Both the position numbers and the translations under genes were made by a program. DNA of 64,000 nt from an uncultured Chloroflexia bacterium (GTDB taxonomy: Bacteria > Chloroflexota > Limnocylindria > Limnocylindrales > CSP1-4): positions 1,344,001-1,408,000 of the forward strand of contig CAWFXA010000002.1 of NCBI GenBank assembly GCA_963819655.1, written 5' to 3'. The notes under the pieces were generated by a model, which made no database searches, was not told where the DNA came from, and saw nothing but the letters and a program-made list of their open reading frames with translations. The first letter of the stretch is position 1, and the number at the start of each line of letters is the position of its first letter. This document shows, one piece after another, positions 9,334-18,618 of the stretch.

Positions 9334-10667
9334 CTGAGGATCAGGCCGCCCGGCGCCCGGTCCGGATCGCTATAGGTGTGCGCCAGATCGGTCATCCTGA
9401 CCCCGCGCGCCGCAGCACCAGCGACGAGTGCCGCCTCGTTCACGCCGGCCGGCAGCCAGGCCAGGACATGCAGTCCGGCGGACGCTCCGATCGGCCGAAG
9501 ATCGGGCAGGTGTCGGGCCAGGGCGTCGAGGAGCGCGTCGCGACGCTCGCGGTAGAGCGGCCGCATCCGGCGCAGGTGTCGGTCGAATTCACCCTTCGAC
9601 AGGAAGTCCGCGAAGGCCAACTGTTCGAGGCTTGGTGATCCGCGGTCGTTGGCGACCTTCAGCTCCCCGACAGCATCCACGTGCGCTTCGGGGACGATCA
9701 TCCAGCCGAGCCGGAGCCCCGGCGCGAGCGTCTTGCTCGCGGACCCGGCGTACACGACACGCTCGGGCGCCAGCCCGTGGATCGCCCCGATGGGCTCGCG
9801 GTCGTACCGATACTCGGCGTCGTAGTCGTCCTCGAGGATCAGAGCATCTCGCTCGTCCGCCCACGTGAGCAGGTCGGTACGCCGGTCCGGGGCCATCACA
9901 GCGCCTGTCGGATAGTGGTGGGCCGGCGTCAGGAAGACGGCGTCGGCCCCCGAGCGACGGAGTGCCTCGATCGAGATGCCGCCGTCATCGACCGGGATCG
10001 GGACTGCCTCGAGCCCGTGGCGGCGTATGGCGAGACGGCCGTCCGAGTCCCCCGGATCCTCGACCGCGATCCGTCGGCCGCCGCGCGCCTTGACGAGCTG
10101 CGCGATGAGGTCGATGGCCTGCGCGAAGCCGTTGCAGACCACGATGCGCTCCGCGTCGGCCGCGGTGCCGCGCACCCGGTTCAGGTAGGCGGCAAGCGCT
10201 GTTCGGAGCTCCTCTGCGCCCCTTCGGTCGAGGTATGTCAGGCGATCATTCGGCGCCTCGACGAGCACGCGTCGCAGCGAGCGGAGCCAGACCTGGCGGG
10301 GGAACTGCGACACGTCCGGCCGCCCGTACCCGAAGTCGATCCGGATGCTTTGGATCGCGGTGGCGAGCGGGCGCTCGTTGACTGGGACGGTCGCGCGGGT
10401 CGCGACCCGTGTCGCGCCGCCAGGCTGGCTCGTCAGATAGCCCTCGGCCACGAGTTGCTCGTACGCCTCGACGACGACGCCTCGCGACAGGTCGAGTTGC
10501 TCCGCGAGAACGCGGGTCGACGGAAGAGCCGTGTCAGGGGTCAGTCGGCCGAGTCGGATCGCCCCGCGCAGCTCCTGTTCGAGCTGCCGATGGAGCGGGA
10601 TCGTGTCCTCGCGACGGAGCTCCACGAGGAGCTCGGTCGGGAATCTGGTCCTCGTTCTGGGCATCAC
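9258..10667 (-). CDS. MocR/GabR-family regulator (GntR HTH plus PLP aminotransferase domain)
   Basis: LPSTRVLA, EAYEQLVAEGY, TPAHHYPTG, EDDYDAEYRY, SASKTLAPGLRLGW. Confidence 0.95.
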   Translation of the reverse strand: MMPRTRTRFPTELLVELRREDTIPLHRQLEQELRGAIRLGRLTPDTALPSTRVLAEQLDLSRGVVVEAYEQLVAEGYLTSQPGGATRVATRATVPVNERPLATAIQSIRIDFGYGRPDVSQFPRQVWLRSLRRVLVEAPNDRLTYLDRRGAEELRTALAAYLNRVRGTAADAERIVVCNGFAQAIDLIAQLVKARGGRRIAVEDPGDSDGRLAIRRHGLEAVPIPVDDGGISIEALRRSGADAVFLTPAHHYPTGAVMAPDRRTDLLTWADERDALILEDDYDAEYRYDREPIGAIHGLAPERVVYAGSASKTLAPGLRLGWMIVPEAHVDAVGELKVANDRGSPSLEQLAFADFLSKGEFDRHLRRMRPLYRERRDALLDALARHLPDLRPIGASAGLHVLAWLPAGVNEAALVAGAAARGVRMTDLAHTYSDPDRAPGGLILSYGAVTASEIEEGVRLVADALAALD

Positions 10668-10704
10668 AGCGGACCTTAACAGACGACCAGTCTGGCGTCA
10701 CGAT
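10644..10704 (+). promoter_or_regulatory. MocR-type operator/promoter, copy 2
   Basis: TCTGGTCCTCGT..CGGACCT..ACCAG..CACGAT; overlaps the MocR start codon. Confidence 0.65.
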
Positions 10705-10749
10705 GGTGTCAACGAAAGTCAAACCACCGCCGAAAGCAAGGAGATCGAC

Positions 10750-10878
10750 ATGGAGCTCTTCGCGATCATCGTGACCGTCATCGGAAGCCTGGTCCTTCTC
10801 GACGTCGTCGCCCTCCGCAAGGGCACCGACTCCCGCGACCGCATCGGCGACGACTGGGCCCGCCCGACCATCGCGTAG
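10750..10878 (+). CDS. Small single-TM protein (42 aa)
   Basis: AAGGAG RBS; MELFAIIVTVIGSLVLLDVVALRKGTDSRD...; followed by its own terminator. Confidence 0.7.
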   Translation: MELFAIIVTVIGSLVLLDVVALRKGTDSRDRIGDDWARPTIA

Positions 10879-10900
10879 CGACCGGCCCTCGCGAGAACCT

Positions 10901-10932
10901 AGCCGAGCGTCGGCCCGACGCTCGGCTCTTTC
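10901..10932 (+). terminator. Intrinsic terminator
   Basis: AGCCGAGCGTCGG-C-CCGACGCTCGGCT followed by CTTTC. Confidence 0.7.
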
Positions 10933-10979
10933 ATGACCGGCGTTGGACGCATAGAACCGGCCCGGGCAGACTGGCCGGC

Positions 10980-12035
10980 ATGCGACCACGCTTCGCGGCC
11001 GCGCCGCTCCTCGCTGTTCTGGTCACGGCGTGCTCGCCCGCGAGCAGCCCAGGACCGCCGGGCACCCTCGCGCCCAGCCCGACCAACGCGCCCGTCGCGA
11101 CACTTGACGTGCCACCCGCATCGCCGGCCGCGGATCCCGTCCTCATGATCCGAGAGTTCGACGTGCCGTCGGGATCGCATCCGCATGACGTAGCCCCGGC
11201 CGCTGACGGCGGTGTCTGGTACACCGGCCAGCACGTCGGCATGCTGGGTCACCTCGACCCGGCCACCGGCACGATCCGCGAGATCCCACTCGGCAGCGGG
11301 TCATCACCGCACGGCGTGATCGTCGGTCCCGATGGCGCCCCATGGATCACCGATAGCGGCCTCGACGCCATCGTCCGCATCAACCCGGCGACGAACGAGG
11401 TGAAGGCGTACCCGCTGCCCGCCGACCGTAAGGGAGCCAATCTCAACACGGCAGCGTTCGATGGCGACGGCACGCTCTGGTTCACTGGGCAGGGAGGGGT
11501 CTACGGCAGCCTCGATCCGGCGACCGGTGAGATCGTCGTCTTCGACGACCCCGACGGCCGCGGCCCGTACGGCATGACGGCCACGCCCGGCGGCGATGTC
11601 TGGTACGCCTCCCTCGCCGGCAGTCACATCGCGCGCATCGATCGCGAGACCGGCGCCGCGACGGTCGTCGAGCCGCCGACGTCGGAACAGGGCGCGCGAC
11701 GGGTCTGGTCCGACTCGACCGGCCGCATCTGGGTGGCCGAGTGGAACGCCGGCCAGCTCGGCCTGTACGACCCGTCGACCGGTGTGTGGAAGGAATGGCA
11801 GCTGCCCGGCGACGATCCGCAGGCCTACGCCGTGTACGTCGATGACCGCGACATCGTCTGGCTGACCGACTTCGGAGCCAACGCGATCGTCCGATTCGAT
11901 CCGGCGACCGAGCGTTTCGACTCCATCGAGATGCCAAGCGCGGACGCGGCCGTGCGTCAGCTGCTCGGCAGACCGGGAGAGCTGTGGGGCGCCGAATTGG
12001 CCGTCGACAAGCTGGTCGTCGTCACCGAGAGCTGA
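10980..12035 (+). CDS. Vgb-like (virginiamycin B lyase family) beta-propeller lipoprotein
   Basis: Lipobox LVTAC; repeated blades PHDVAP..VWYT, PHGVIVGPDG..W. Confidence 0.85.
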   Translation: MRPRFAAAPLLAVLVTACSPASSPGPPGTLAPSPTNAPVATLDVPPASPAADPVLMIREFDVPSGSHPHDVAPAADGGVWYTGQHVGMLGHLDPATGTIREIPLGSGSSPHGVIVGPDGAPWITDSGLDAIVRINPATNEVKAYPLPADRKGANLNTAAFDGDGTLWFTGQGGVYGSLDPATGEIVVFDDPDGRGPYGMTATPGGDVWYASLAGSHIARIDRETGAATVVEPPTSEQGARRVWSDSTGRIWVAEWNAGQLGLYDPSTGVWKEWQLPGDDPQAYAVYVDDRDIVWLTDFGANAIVRFDPATERFDSIEMPSADAAVRQLLGRPGELWGAELAVDKLVVVTES

Positions 12036-12135
12036 GCCGCCAGGCCTGCAGCGGCCATCGAGCCGACCACGGCCGTTGATGTCGCCGTAAGGGTTCGGGC
12101 CCTATGATTCGGTGGCTACGAAATGGAGGTCGTTC

Positions 12136-12528
12136 ATGCTGTCCACCACAAAGGCGTACTCGGGCTTCGCCGCAAAGGACATCACCGCGGAGAAGCGGTT
12201 CTACGGCGAGACGCTCGGCATCGACGTCAACGATCTTTACGATGGCCAGCTCCTGGAGCTGCGCCTCGGGGGCGACAAGCACGTTCTGATCTACGCGAAG
12301 GACGACTTCGTGCCTGCCACCTATACCGTCCTCAATTTCCCCGTGCCGGACGTCGATGCGGCAGTCGATGAGCTGGTCCGATCAGGTGTCGAGATGGCCC
12401 GGTTCGACGGTTTCGACCAGGACGAGAAGGGCATCGCGCGAGGCAACGACGGCCCGACGATCGCCTGGTTCCGTGATCCGGCCGGCAACATCCTTGCTGT
12501 CCACAGCGACGAGGAAGTGCCTGGCTGA
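12136..12528 (+). CDS. VOC/glyoxalase family protein
   Basis: FYGETLG, PATYTVLNFPV, IAWFRDPAGNIL. Confidence 0.9.
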   Translation: MLSTTKAYSGFAAKDITAEKRFYGETLGIDVNDLYDGQLLELRLGGDKHVLIYAKDDFVPATYTVLNFPVPDVDAAVDELVRSGVEMARFDGFDQDEKGIARGNDGPTIAWFRDPAGNILAVHSDEEVPG

Positions 12529-12544
12529 CGTCGATCCCGTAACG

Positions 12545-13034
12545 ATGTCCTACCCACCCCCGAGATACGACGGCGACACGGGCCTGGTGAGCGCGCGTCT
12601 GCGGCCAGCGGGCACGGCACCCGAGGTCCGCAACAAGAACGGCGGTACGGCCGAGTACCTCGCGACGGGGGAGTCGACAGGAGGACTCTTCGGGCTGTAC
12701 CGCTGGAACATGTCGGCCACGCCGAGTGGCCCGGATCCGCATTTCCACCGAACGATCTCCGAGGCGTTCTTCGTGATCTCGGGCTCGATCCGCCTGTTCG
12801 ACGGCGCGACCTGGCTCGACACGCAGCCGGGCGATTTCCTGTACGTGCCGGAAGGCGGGATCCATGGGTTCAAGAACGAATCACGAGCAGGACGCGTCGA
12901 TGCTGATCCTCTTCGCCCCCGGCGCTCCACGCGAGGACTATTTCGAGACGCTCGCGCGCGTCTCCGAAGGCCTGACGATGACCGATGACGAGCGCGCCGC
13001 CTTCATGCTCCGGCACGACACCTTCTGGGTGTGA
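12545..13034 (+). CDS. Cupin domain protein (frameshift near 12890)
   Basis: PDPHFHRTISEAF, VPEGGIHGFKN; continues in another frame as ASMLILFAPGAPREDYFE...TFWV*. Confidence 0.8.
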
Positions 13035-13038
13035 CGAG

Positions 13039-13434
13039 ATGAGTGATCAGCCACGACCTGCGGGTCACATCGTCCCGTTCGACGACCTCGACCACAGCGA
13101 GCACTCGCACGAGTTCGTCGGCGCGGAGCACGGGGAGGTCCCGTTCTGCGTGATCCTGGTCCACTCGCAGCCGGGTGTCGGTCCGAAGCTCCATCGACAC
13201 CCGTACAGCGAGGTGTTCATCGTCGAGTCGGGCCAGGCCACGTTCCAGATCGGGGAGAACACCGTCGTCGTCGATGGCGGTCATGTCGTCGTCAGCCCGC
13301 CGGGTGAGGCGCACGGGTTCACGAACACCGGCACCGGCGAACTGCGACTGACCGCCATCCACGGGGCGGGCCGTTTCGACACCGAGTGGCTCGCCGGCCC
13401 GGATCCGACCTGGACCTCCCAGCCGAAGCCTTAG
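13039..13434 (+). CDS. Cupin domain protein
   Basis: GPKLHRHPYSEVF, PPGEAHGFTN. Confidence 0.85.
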   Translation: MSDQPRPAGHIVPFDDLDHSEHSHEFVGAEHGEVPFCVILVHSQPGVGPKLHRHPYSEVFIVESGQATFQIGENTVVVDGGHVVVSPPGEAHGFTNTGTGELRLTAIHGAGRFDTEWLAGPDPTWTSQPKP

Positions 13435-13769
13435 GCGCCGTCGATCCCGAGCTTCACCACGGTCTCGCCGCCGAACGCCATCGGTTCGCCGGTCTGGTAG
13501 GTGTCGGCGATCTCGTTCCAGGCTTTGAAGCCCGGATGCGAGTCGTGCACGTGGTGCCCCTCGCCCGACGCGAAGATCACTGCCACAAGGTACTGGACCG
13601 CACCAGCGACCGGCCGGGATGAGATGTCGAGCCGGTTCAACGTCGCCGCGATCAGCAGTCCGCGCTGCTTGAGATCCTCCCAGACCGGCAGCTCGTGCTC
13701 ACGAAAGCCCGCCTCGAACGCCTCGACCTGGTCCTCGCGAACGTTCAGGACGACCGTCACGGTCTCCAC
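13431..13769 (-). CDS. Hypothetical protein (possible dimeric alpha-beta barrel)
   Basis: Normal amino-acid composition; directly follows the DUF1918 gene. Confidence 0.65.
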   Translation of the reverse strand: METVTVVLNVREDQVEAFEAGFREHELPVWEDLKQRGLLIAATLNRLDISSRPVAGAVQYLVAVIFASGEGHHVHDSHPGFKAWNEIADTYQTGEPMAFGGETVVKLGIDGA

Positions 13770-13772
13770 GGG

Positions 13773-13979
13773 TCAGGCGCGTCGCTTGGACTTCGTCTTC
13801 GGCTCGAAGCGGATGCTGCCGGCGTACGGGCGGATGCCTGTCTCGCGCCCGTCATCCCATCGGACGCGGTACTCGGTCCGGACCTCGTGGAGGATGACCT
13901 CGAGGATCTCGCCGCGACGCTCCGCGATCCCGACCTTCTCCGACTCGACCACGATGCGATCGCCCACCTTGGCGGCCAT
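13773..13979 (-). CDS. DUF1918 domain protein
   Basis: AKVGDRIVVES..R.GEILEV..YRVRWDDG; GGAGG RBS. Confidence 0.85.
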   Translation of the reverse strand: MAAKVGDRIVVESEKVGIAERRGEILEVILHEVRTEYRVRWDDGRETGIRPYAGSIRFEPKTKSKRRA

Positions 13980-14119
13980 GCCGCACCTCCTCGTATCCGC
14001 GTTCGTTCGATGTCTGTCCTATTGTCGCTGCCGCGCCCAGGGAACGGTTGGCGCGCCTGCGTTCGCTGCCCCAAGAGGTGACTTGCAACCAGCAAGCGAC
14101 TGGAGTAATGTTGTTGCCG

Positions 14120-14530
14120 ATGCAACTACAAGCGAATTCCCAACCAAACACCAAGGACGATGCTGCCCGCCGGCTCCTCGCTCGCGGTGGACTCATCGAC
14201 ATCACGACGACAGGTCGCAAGACCGGGCGCGCGCGGCGTATCGAGATCGTGTTCCACAACATCGACGGCCGGATCTTCATCAGCGGGATGCCTCGCGCCG
14301 ATCGCAAGCGCGCGTGGATCCTCAATCTCGAGAAGGACCCACACATGACGGTCCACCTCAAGGGGCCTCTCGCGGCGGACCTGCCGGCGACAGCGCGCGT
14401 CATCACGGATCCAGCCGAACGCCGGGCCGTGGCCGACTGGATCGTCGGGCACGCCTGGCCGCGCATGAACGTCGAGGCGATGGCGGCCTATTCGCCGATG
14501 ATCGAAGTCACGCTCGACGACGCGGCCTAA
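14120..14530 (+). CDS. Deazaflavin (F420)-dependent nitroreductase family protein
   Basis: IDITTTGRKTG.R, WILNL..P; start uncertain (14108 or 14120). Confidence 0.75.
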   Translation: MQLQANSQPNTKDDAARRLLARGGLIDITTTGRKTGRARRIEIVFHNIDGRIFISGMPRADRKRAWILNLEKDPHMTVHLKGPLAADLPATARVITDPAERRAVADWIVGHAWPRMNVEAMAAYSPMIEVTLDDAA

Positions 14531-14542
14531 ACGCCCCGCCCA

Positions 14543-14590
14543 GAATCAGAAACTCGGCCGCCTCCGGCAGTGATGCCAGAGGCGGCCGAG
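14543..14590 (-). terminator. Intrinsic terminator of the cold-shock gene
   Basis: CTCGGCCGCCTC..GAGGCGGCCGAG stem followed by TTTCTGATTC on the - strand. Confidence 0.7.
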
Positions 14591-14606
14591 CTATTGAGCG
14601 CCTGAG

Positions 14607-14810
14607 TTATGCGGCGCGCACCGTCTTGGCGCGCAGGCCCTTGGGGGTCTGCTCGATCTCGAATTCGACCTTCTCGCCCTCGGCAAGGCGATCGAAATCG
14701 AGAGAGGAATTGAGACCGCTCCGATGGAAGAAGTATTCCTTCTCGTCATCGGTCGCGATGAAGCCGAAGCCGCGCTCGGCGACGACTCGCTTGATAGTTC
14801 CGGTGGCCAC
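14607..14810 (-). CDS. csp: Cold-shock protein
   Basis: ATGTIK..ERGFGFI..YFFHRS..VEFEIEQTPKGLRA; GGAGG RBS. Confidence 0.95.
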   Translation of the reverse strand: MATGTIKRVVAERGFGFIATDDEKEYFFHRSGLNSSLDFDRLAEGEKVEFEIEQTPKGLRAKTVRAA

Positions 14811-14982
14811 TGTGACCTCCAACGCTTTCCCGAACGACGGTTTGGTGAGCGCGACGGTCCGTTCGAGAGGTCGACCACGCGGCGTCGTCACACATTGCGG
14901 CGACGACTCACCGTAGCATGCCGACACGATTCCGTGTGTAGGCTGGCCCGAACGCTTGACGGACTCACCCGGAGGAACTCCC

Positions 14983-15411
14983 ATGGACTGGACCCTGGAA
15001 GTCGTGATCCTCCCGGTCAGCGACATCGACCGGGCGATCGCGTTCTACCGCGACAAGGTCGGCTTCGACCTCGATCACGACACGACGAACGAGCACATGC
15101 ACGTCGCGCAGCTCACCCCGCGGGGCTCGGGCTGCTCGATCGTGGTCGGTGACTTGCCCGCCCAGCGCGAGATGACGCCGGGCTCGATGCGCGGCCTGCA
15201 GCTGGTCGTGGCGGACGCCGCGGCCGCGCGGCAAGAGCTGCTGGACCATGGGGTCGAGGCCAGCGACATCATGCAGTTCTCGCCCGACGACGGCGGCACT
15301 TTCTTCGGCTTCAGCGATCCGGATGGCAACACCTGGGCGGTGCAGGAGCTGAAGGTCCGTGGCGAGAAGCCGCTGATTCCTGTCGAACATCGCGGACGCT
15401 TCGGGGCGTAG
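14983..15411 (+). CDS. VOC/glyoxalase family protein
   Basis: LPVSDIDRAIAFY, QLTPRGSGCSI, FSDPDGNTWAVQ. Confidence 0.9.
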   Translation: MDWTLEVVILPVSDIDRAIAFYRDKVGFDLDHDTTNEHMHVAQLTPRGSGCSIVVGDLPAQREMTPGSMRGLQLVVADAAAARQELLDHGVEASDIMQFSPDDGGTFFGFSDPDGNTWAVQELKVRGEKPLIPVEHRGRFGA

Positions 15412-15425
15412 GGCGGATCGGACCG

Positions 15426-15704
15426 ATGTCGACGCCTCCGACCGCGCCAACGCGACAGCCGAGCATGCTCTGGCAGCTCGCCTATTACGCGACCGCCGTC
15501 CTGGCCGGCCTCCTCCTGCTGACCGGGGCGCTGCCATCGCCCCTGGACTTCGTCGCGTATCTCGCTCTCGGCCTTGGCGCGACGTGGATCCAGTACCGTC
15601 GGGCAGGTCGCGACAGCTTCACGAGCTCGCTCAGCTGGCTCGCCGTCGTGGGCGTCACCTGGCTGCCGCTAGCGTGGTTCCTCGGACGTTCGCCCTTCGA
15701 CTGA
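15426..15704 (+). CDS. Small membrane protein
   Basis: Three hydrophobic segments. Confidence 0.55.
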   Translation: MSTPPTAPTRQPSMLWQLAYYATAVLAGLLLLTGALPSPLDFVAYLALGLGATWIQYRRAGRDSFTSSLSWLAVVGVTWLPLAWFLGRSPFD

Positions 15705-16604
15705 CGGGGCCGATCGGGCACCACGAAGAGCATCGATCACCGGGGCGAACGCCTCGACCCCCGCGACCGAATTCGGGCGGAGTTGGACCTGCAGGTGGTC
15801 GATGCCGAGGTCGGCGAACCGAAGTAGTTCGACGGCGAGGGCTTCAGGGTCGCCCCGGATCTCGCGCTCCTCGGGCCGCGCGTCGTCCGCCGCAGGCAGC
15901 GTCCGAACGAGGACTTCGACAGACTTCGTGATCGGCGTCGTCCGGCCCACGGCGCGGCAGGCTGACTCGAGCGCGTCGAGCATCGCCGGCACCTCATCGA
16001 TCGAGCGCAGGCCGCCGTTCCAGTGATCTGCCAGCTCCGCCGTCAGGCGGAGCATCCGGGGACCCTCGGCGCCGACCATCACCGGAAGGCCATCCGGCCG
16101 TGGCCCGCGCGGCTGGAGCCTGGCCGAGCGCGTGCGGATGGTCCGCCCGTCCAGGGTCGATCGTCCGCTGCGGAGCATGTCGGTGATGACGCGCAGCCCG
16201 TCCTCGAACCGCCGGAACCGATCCTCGAACGGGATCCCGTAGCTGCTGAACTCCGGCTCGTTCCAGCCCGCGCCGACGCCCAGGATCACCCGTCCGTCGC
16301 TGACCTCGTCGAGCGTCTCGGCCATCTTCGCGAGCACTGCCGGGTTCCGAAGCGGCATCGCGAGCACGTACGGTCCGAGCGCCACGCGGGTCGTCGAGGC
16401 GGCAAGGGCCGAGAGCAACGTCCATGACTCCCAGGCGCCCCGCCACTCGCCCTCGGGATCGCCGAACCCGACGTGGTCCGAGACCCACAGCGCCTCGAAG
16501 CCGATCGCCTCGGCGGTCTGTGCCATCGCGCGGATGTCGCTCCAGCGTGGCGTCCGCCCGTCCATCGAGCCTTCGACGTACGGCAGGTTCAGACCGAGTT
16601 CCAT
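15669..16604 (-). CDS. LLM-class flavin-dependent oxidoreductase
   Basis: LWVSDH, LAKMAETLDEVSDGRVILGVGAGW, GPRMLRLTAELAD. Confidence 0.9.
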   Translation of the reverse strand: MELGLNLPYVEGSMDGRTPRWSDIRAMAQTAEAIGFEALWVSDHVGFGDPEGEWRGAWESWTLLSALAASTTRVALGPYVLAMPLRNPAVLAKMAETLDEVSDGRVILGVGAGWNEPEFSSYGIPFEDRFRRFEDGLRVITDMLRSGRSTLDGRTIRTRSARLQPRGPRPDGLPVMVGAEGPRMLRLTAELADHWNGGLRSIDEVPAMLDALESACRAVGRTTPITKSVEVLVRTLPAADDARPEEREIRGDPEALAVELLRFADLGIDHLQVQLRPNSVAGVEAFAPVIDALRGARSAPSVEGRTSEEPR

Positions 16605-16767
16605 CAGGTGACCGAGCCTACAGCGCCACGCACGACGGCGGTCGGTCGGGGATGTGGATCGGGCCACGACATCGAAGACTGGACCGAGCGCATAGGATGG
16701 ACGTTCGTCGCTCGACTGACGCGACTCCGGGGTTTTTCTGCATGCACTTCCGCCTCGACGCCGCCGC

Positions 16768-17973
16768 ATGACCACCGAAGGCCGGTTCTGTCCGACCTGC
16801 GGGACGAAGCGCACGGGCTTCTTCCGGTTCTGTTCGTCGTGCGGCTTCGATTACGACGAGCTGCTCCCGAAGGCACCAGCGCCGATGCCGATCGCGCCGG
16901 GTCAGGTCGCGCTGCCACAGACGGCCCCCGTCTGGCCGAAGCCTGTCGCCTGGCCGCCTGAGAGTCCCGCGGGGTCCGTACCCGAGACTCCTCTGTCCGT
17001 CGCGCCAGCGCCGCCGGCCGCCTCGCCGGCGCCCCCGCCTGCGACGTTCGCCACCCTGACTCCCGCGCGCGCATCGATCTTCGAAACGGTCGAGCCGGTC
17101 GCGCCGGAGCCGGTCACGGTCGTGCCGAAGTCCCGAGAGCGAACCCTGGTGCGCGTCGCGATCATCGCGCTGGGCGGTCTTCTGGCCCTGAGCGCCATCT
17201 CGAACGCAATCAACGCGCGGCCGTCATCGGCCACGGCTCCCCCGACGGTGGCTCTCGGAACGCCTCTCGTCGTCGACTCGCCGGGTACGGGCAGCACACC
17301 CCCGTCGCCCGGCGCGACATTCGGTCCGACCGGGCAGACGCAGTTCGCGGTCGTGACGAGCGTCACCGACGGCGACACCATCCGGGTCGACATCGATGGC
17401 AAGGAGTATCCGCTGCGCTACATCGGCATCGATGCGCCGGAGCCCAATGCATACGATCCGACGCTCAAGAGCGTCGCTGACGCGGCGACCGACGCCAATC
17501 GACGGCTCGTCGAGGGCCAGGACGTCTACCTCGAGCGCGAGATCTCGGACACCGACCAATTCTCTCGCCTCCTCCGCAACGTGTGGCTCATCGGATCAGA
17601 AGGCGAGTACGTCCTGGTGAACCTCGAAATGGTTCGTGGCGGCCTGGCACGGGTGGCGACCTTCCCGCCCGACGAGAGGTACAGGGAACTCCTGACGCTC
17701 GCCCAGGAAGGGGCCAAGACCGCGTCCCTCGGTCTGTGGTCGCCGGCCGCCTCCGGCTCGCCTGGCTCGTCGCCGGCGACGGTCCAGGCGTCGCCGATCA
17801 CGCTGGTCGGTGGTGGCGGATCCGACTGCCACCCGTCCTACACGCCGTGCCTGCCGAATGTGACCGATCTCGACTGCGCCGAGGTCGTTGCGATGGGCGC
17901 GGCGCCGGTCACCGTCAAAGGGCCCGACGACTACATGCTCGATGCCGAGGACGACGGCCTGGGCTGCGAGTAG
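16768..17973 (+). CDS. Zinc-ribbon/TM/thermonuclease (SNase) protein with a C-terminal Cys/Asp-rich domain
   Basis: CPTC..CSSC, TM helix, VTDGDTI, RYIGIDAPE, RLLRNV, C-terminal DCHPSY.PC..DLDC..LDAEDDGLGCE. Confidence 0.85.
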   Translation: MTTEGRFCPTCGTKRTGFFRFCSSCGFDYDELLPKAPAPMPIAPGQVALPQTAPVWPKPVAWPPESPAGSVPETPLSVAPAPPAASPAPPPATFATLTPARASIFETVEPVAPEPVTVVPKSRERTLVRVAIIALGGLLALSAISNAINARPSSATAPPTVALGTPLVVDSPGTGSTPPSPGATFGPTGQTQFAVVTSVTDGDTIRVDIDGKEYPLRYIGIDAPEPNAYDPTLKSVADAATDANRRLVEGQDVYLEREISDTDQFSRLLRNVWLIGSEGEYVLVNLEMVRGGLARVATFPPDERYRELLTLAQEGAKTASLGLWSPAASGSPGSSPATVQASPITLVGGGGSDCHPSYTPCLPNVTDLDCAEVVAMGAAPVTVKGPDDYMLDAEDDGLGCE

Positions 17974-18060
17974 ACGGATCCGGGCGCCGGCGCCATCCCG
18001 GGATCCGGCGCAGACTTGACTCCTCGACCGGCGGATCGCGCCGGCGACGGAGGACATGAC

Positions 18061-18606
18061 ATGAACCTATTCGGTCGAAAGCGCGAAGCCGACCGCAACC
18101 ACGGCAACGCCGATGAGCAGGCGCTCGCGCGCTATCGATACATGCTCCAGTCGGCCCCGCCCGAGGACATCGAGCGAGCGCACGAGGAGGCCTTCGCGAA
18201 GCTCACACCCGAGCAGCGGAGTCAGGCGCTCCAGGCACTCGCCCAGGTCGTCCCGCCGAGCGAGATCCGCGGCGACGACCCGGCGTCGCTGGCACGGACT
18301 GCGACGCGGGCGGAGATCCGCCAGCCCGGCACGATCGAACGCGCCTGGGGTGGCGGTGGCCCGGGGCTCGGCACGTGGTTCCTCTCGACGCTCGCTGCGA
18401 GCTTCATCGGGACCGCGATCGCCCAGTCGTTCTTCGACAACGACCCTGGTAGCGGCGGCGAGACAGCCGAGGGCACCGACTCCGGCAGCGATTCCACAGG
18501 TGACGACTACGGCGGCGATGTCGCCGAGGCCGACACGGGCGGCGACTTCGGTGGAGGCGATTTCGGTGGTGGCGATTTCGGCGGTGGGGACTTCGGGGGC
18601 ATCTAG
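18061..18606 (+). CDS. Hypothetical protein with an acidic GGGDF-repeat tail
   Basis: GGAGG RBS; YRYMLQSAPPEDIERAHEEAF; four (G)GGDF units. Confidence 0.75.
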   Translation: MNLFGRKREADRNHGNADEQALARYRYMLQSAPPEDIERAHEEAFAKLTPEQRSQALQALAQVVPPSEIRGDDPASLARTATRAEIRQPGTIERAWGGGGPGLGTWFLSTLAASFIGTAIAQSFFDNDPGSGGETAEGTDSGSDSTGDDYGGDVAEADTGGDFGGGDFGGGDFGGGDFGGI

Positions 18607-18618
18607 ACTCGTTGGCTA

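Noticed and set aside
10980-12035. Streptogramin resistance gene
   Set aside because: A lipoprotein member of the broad Vgb-like propeller family; resistance cannot be inferred from the fold.
18538-18600. 15 bp tandem repeats as a DNA element
   Set aside because: They encode the GGGDF protein tail with synonymous variation.
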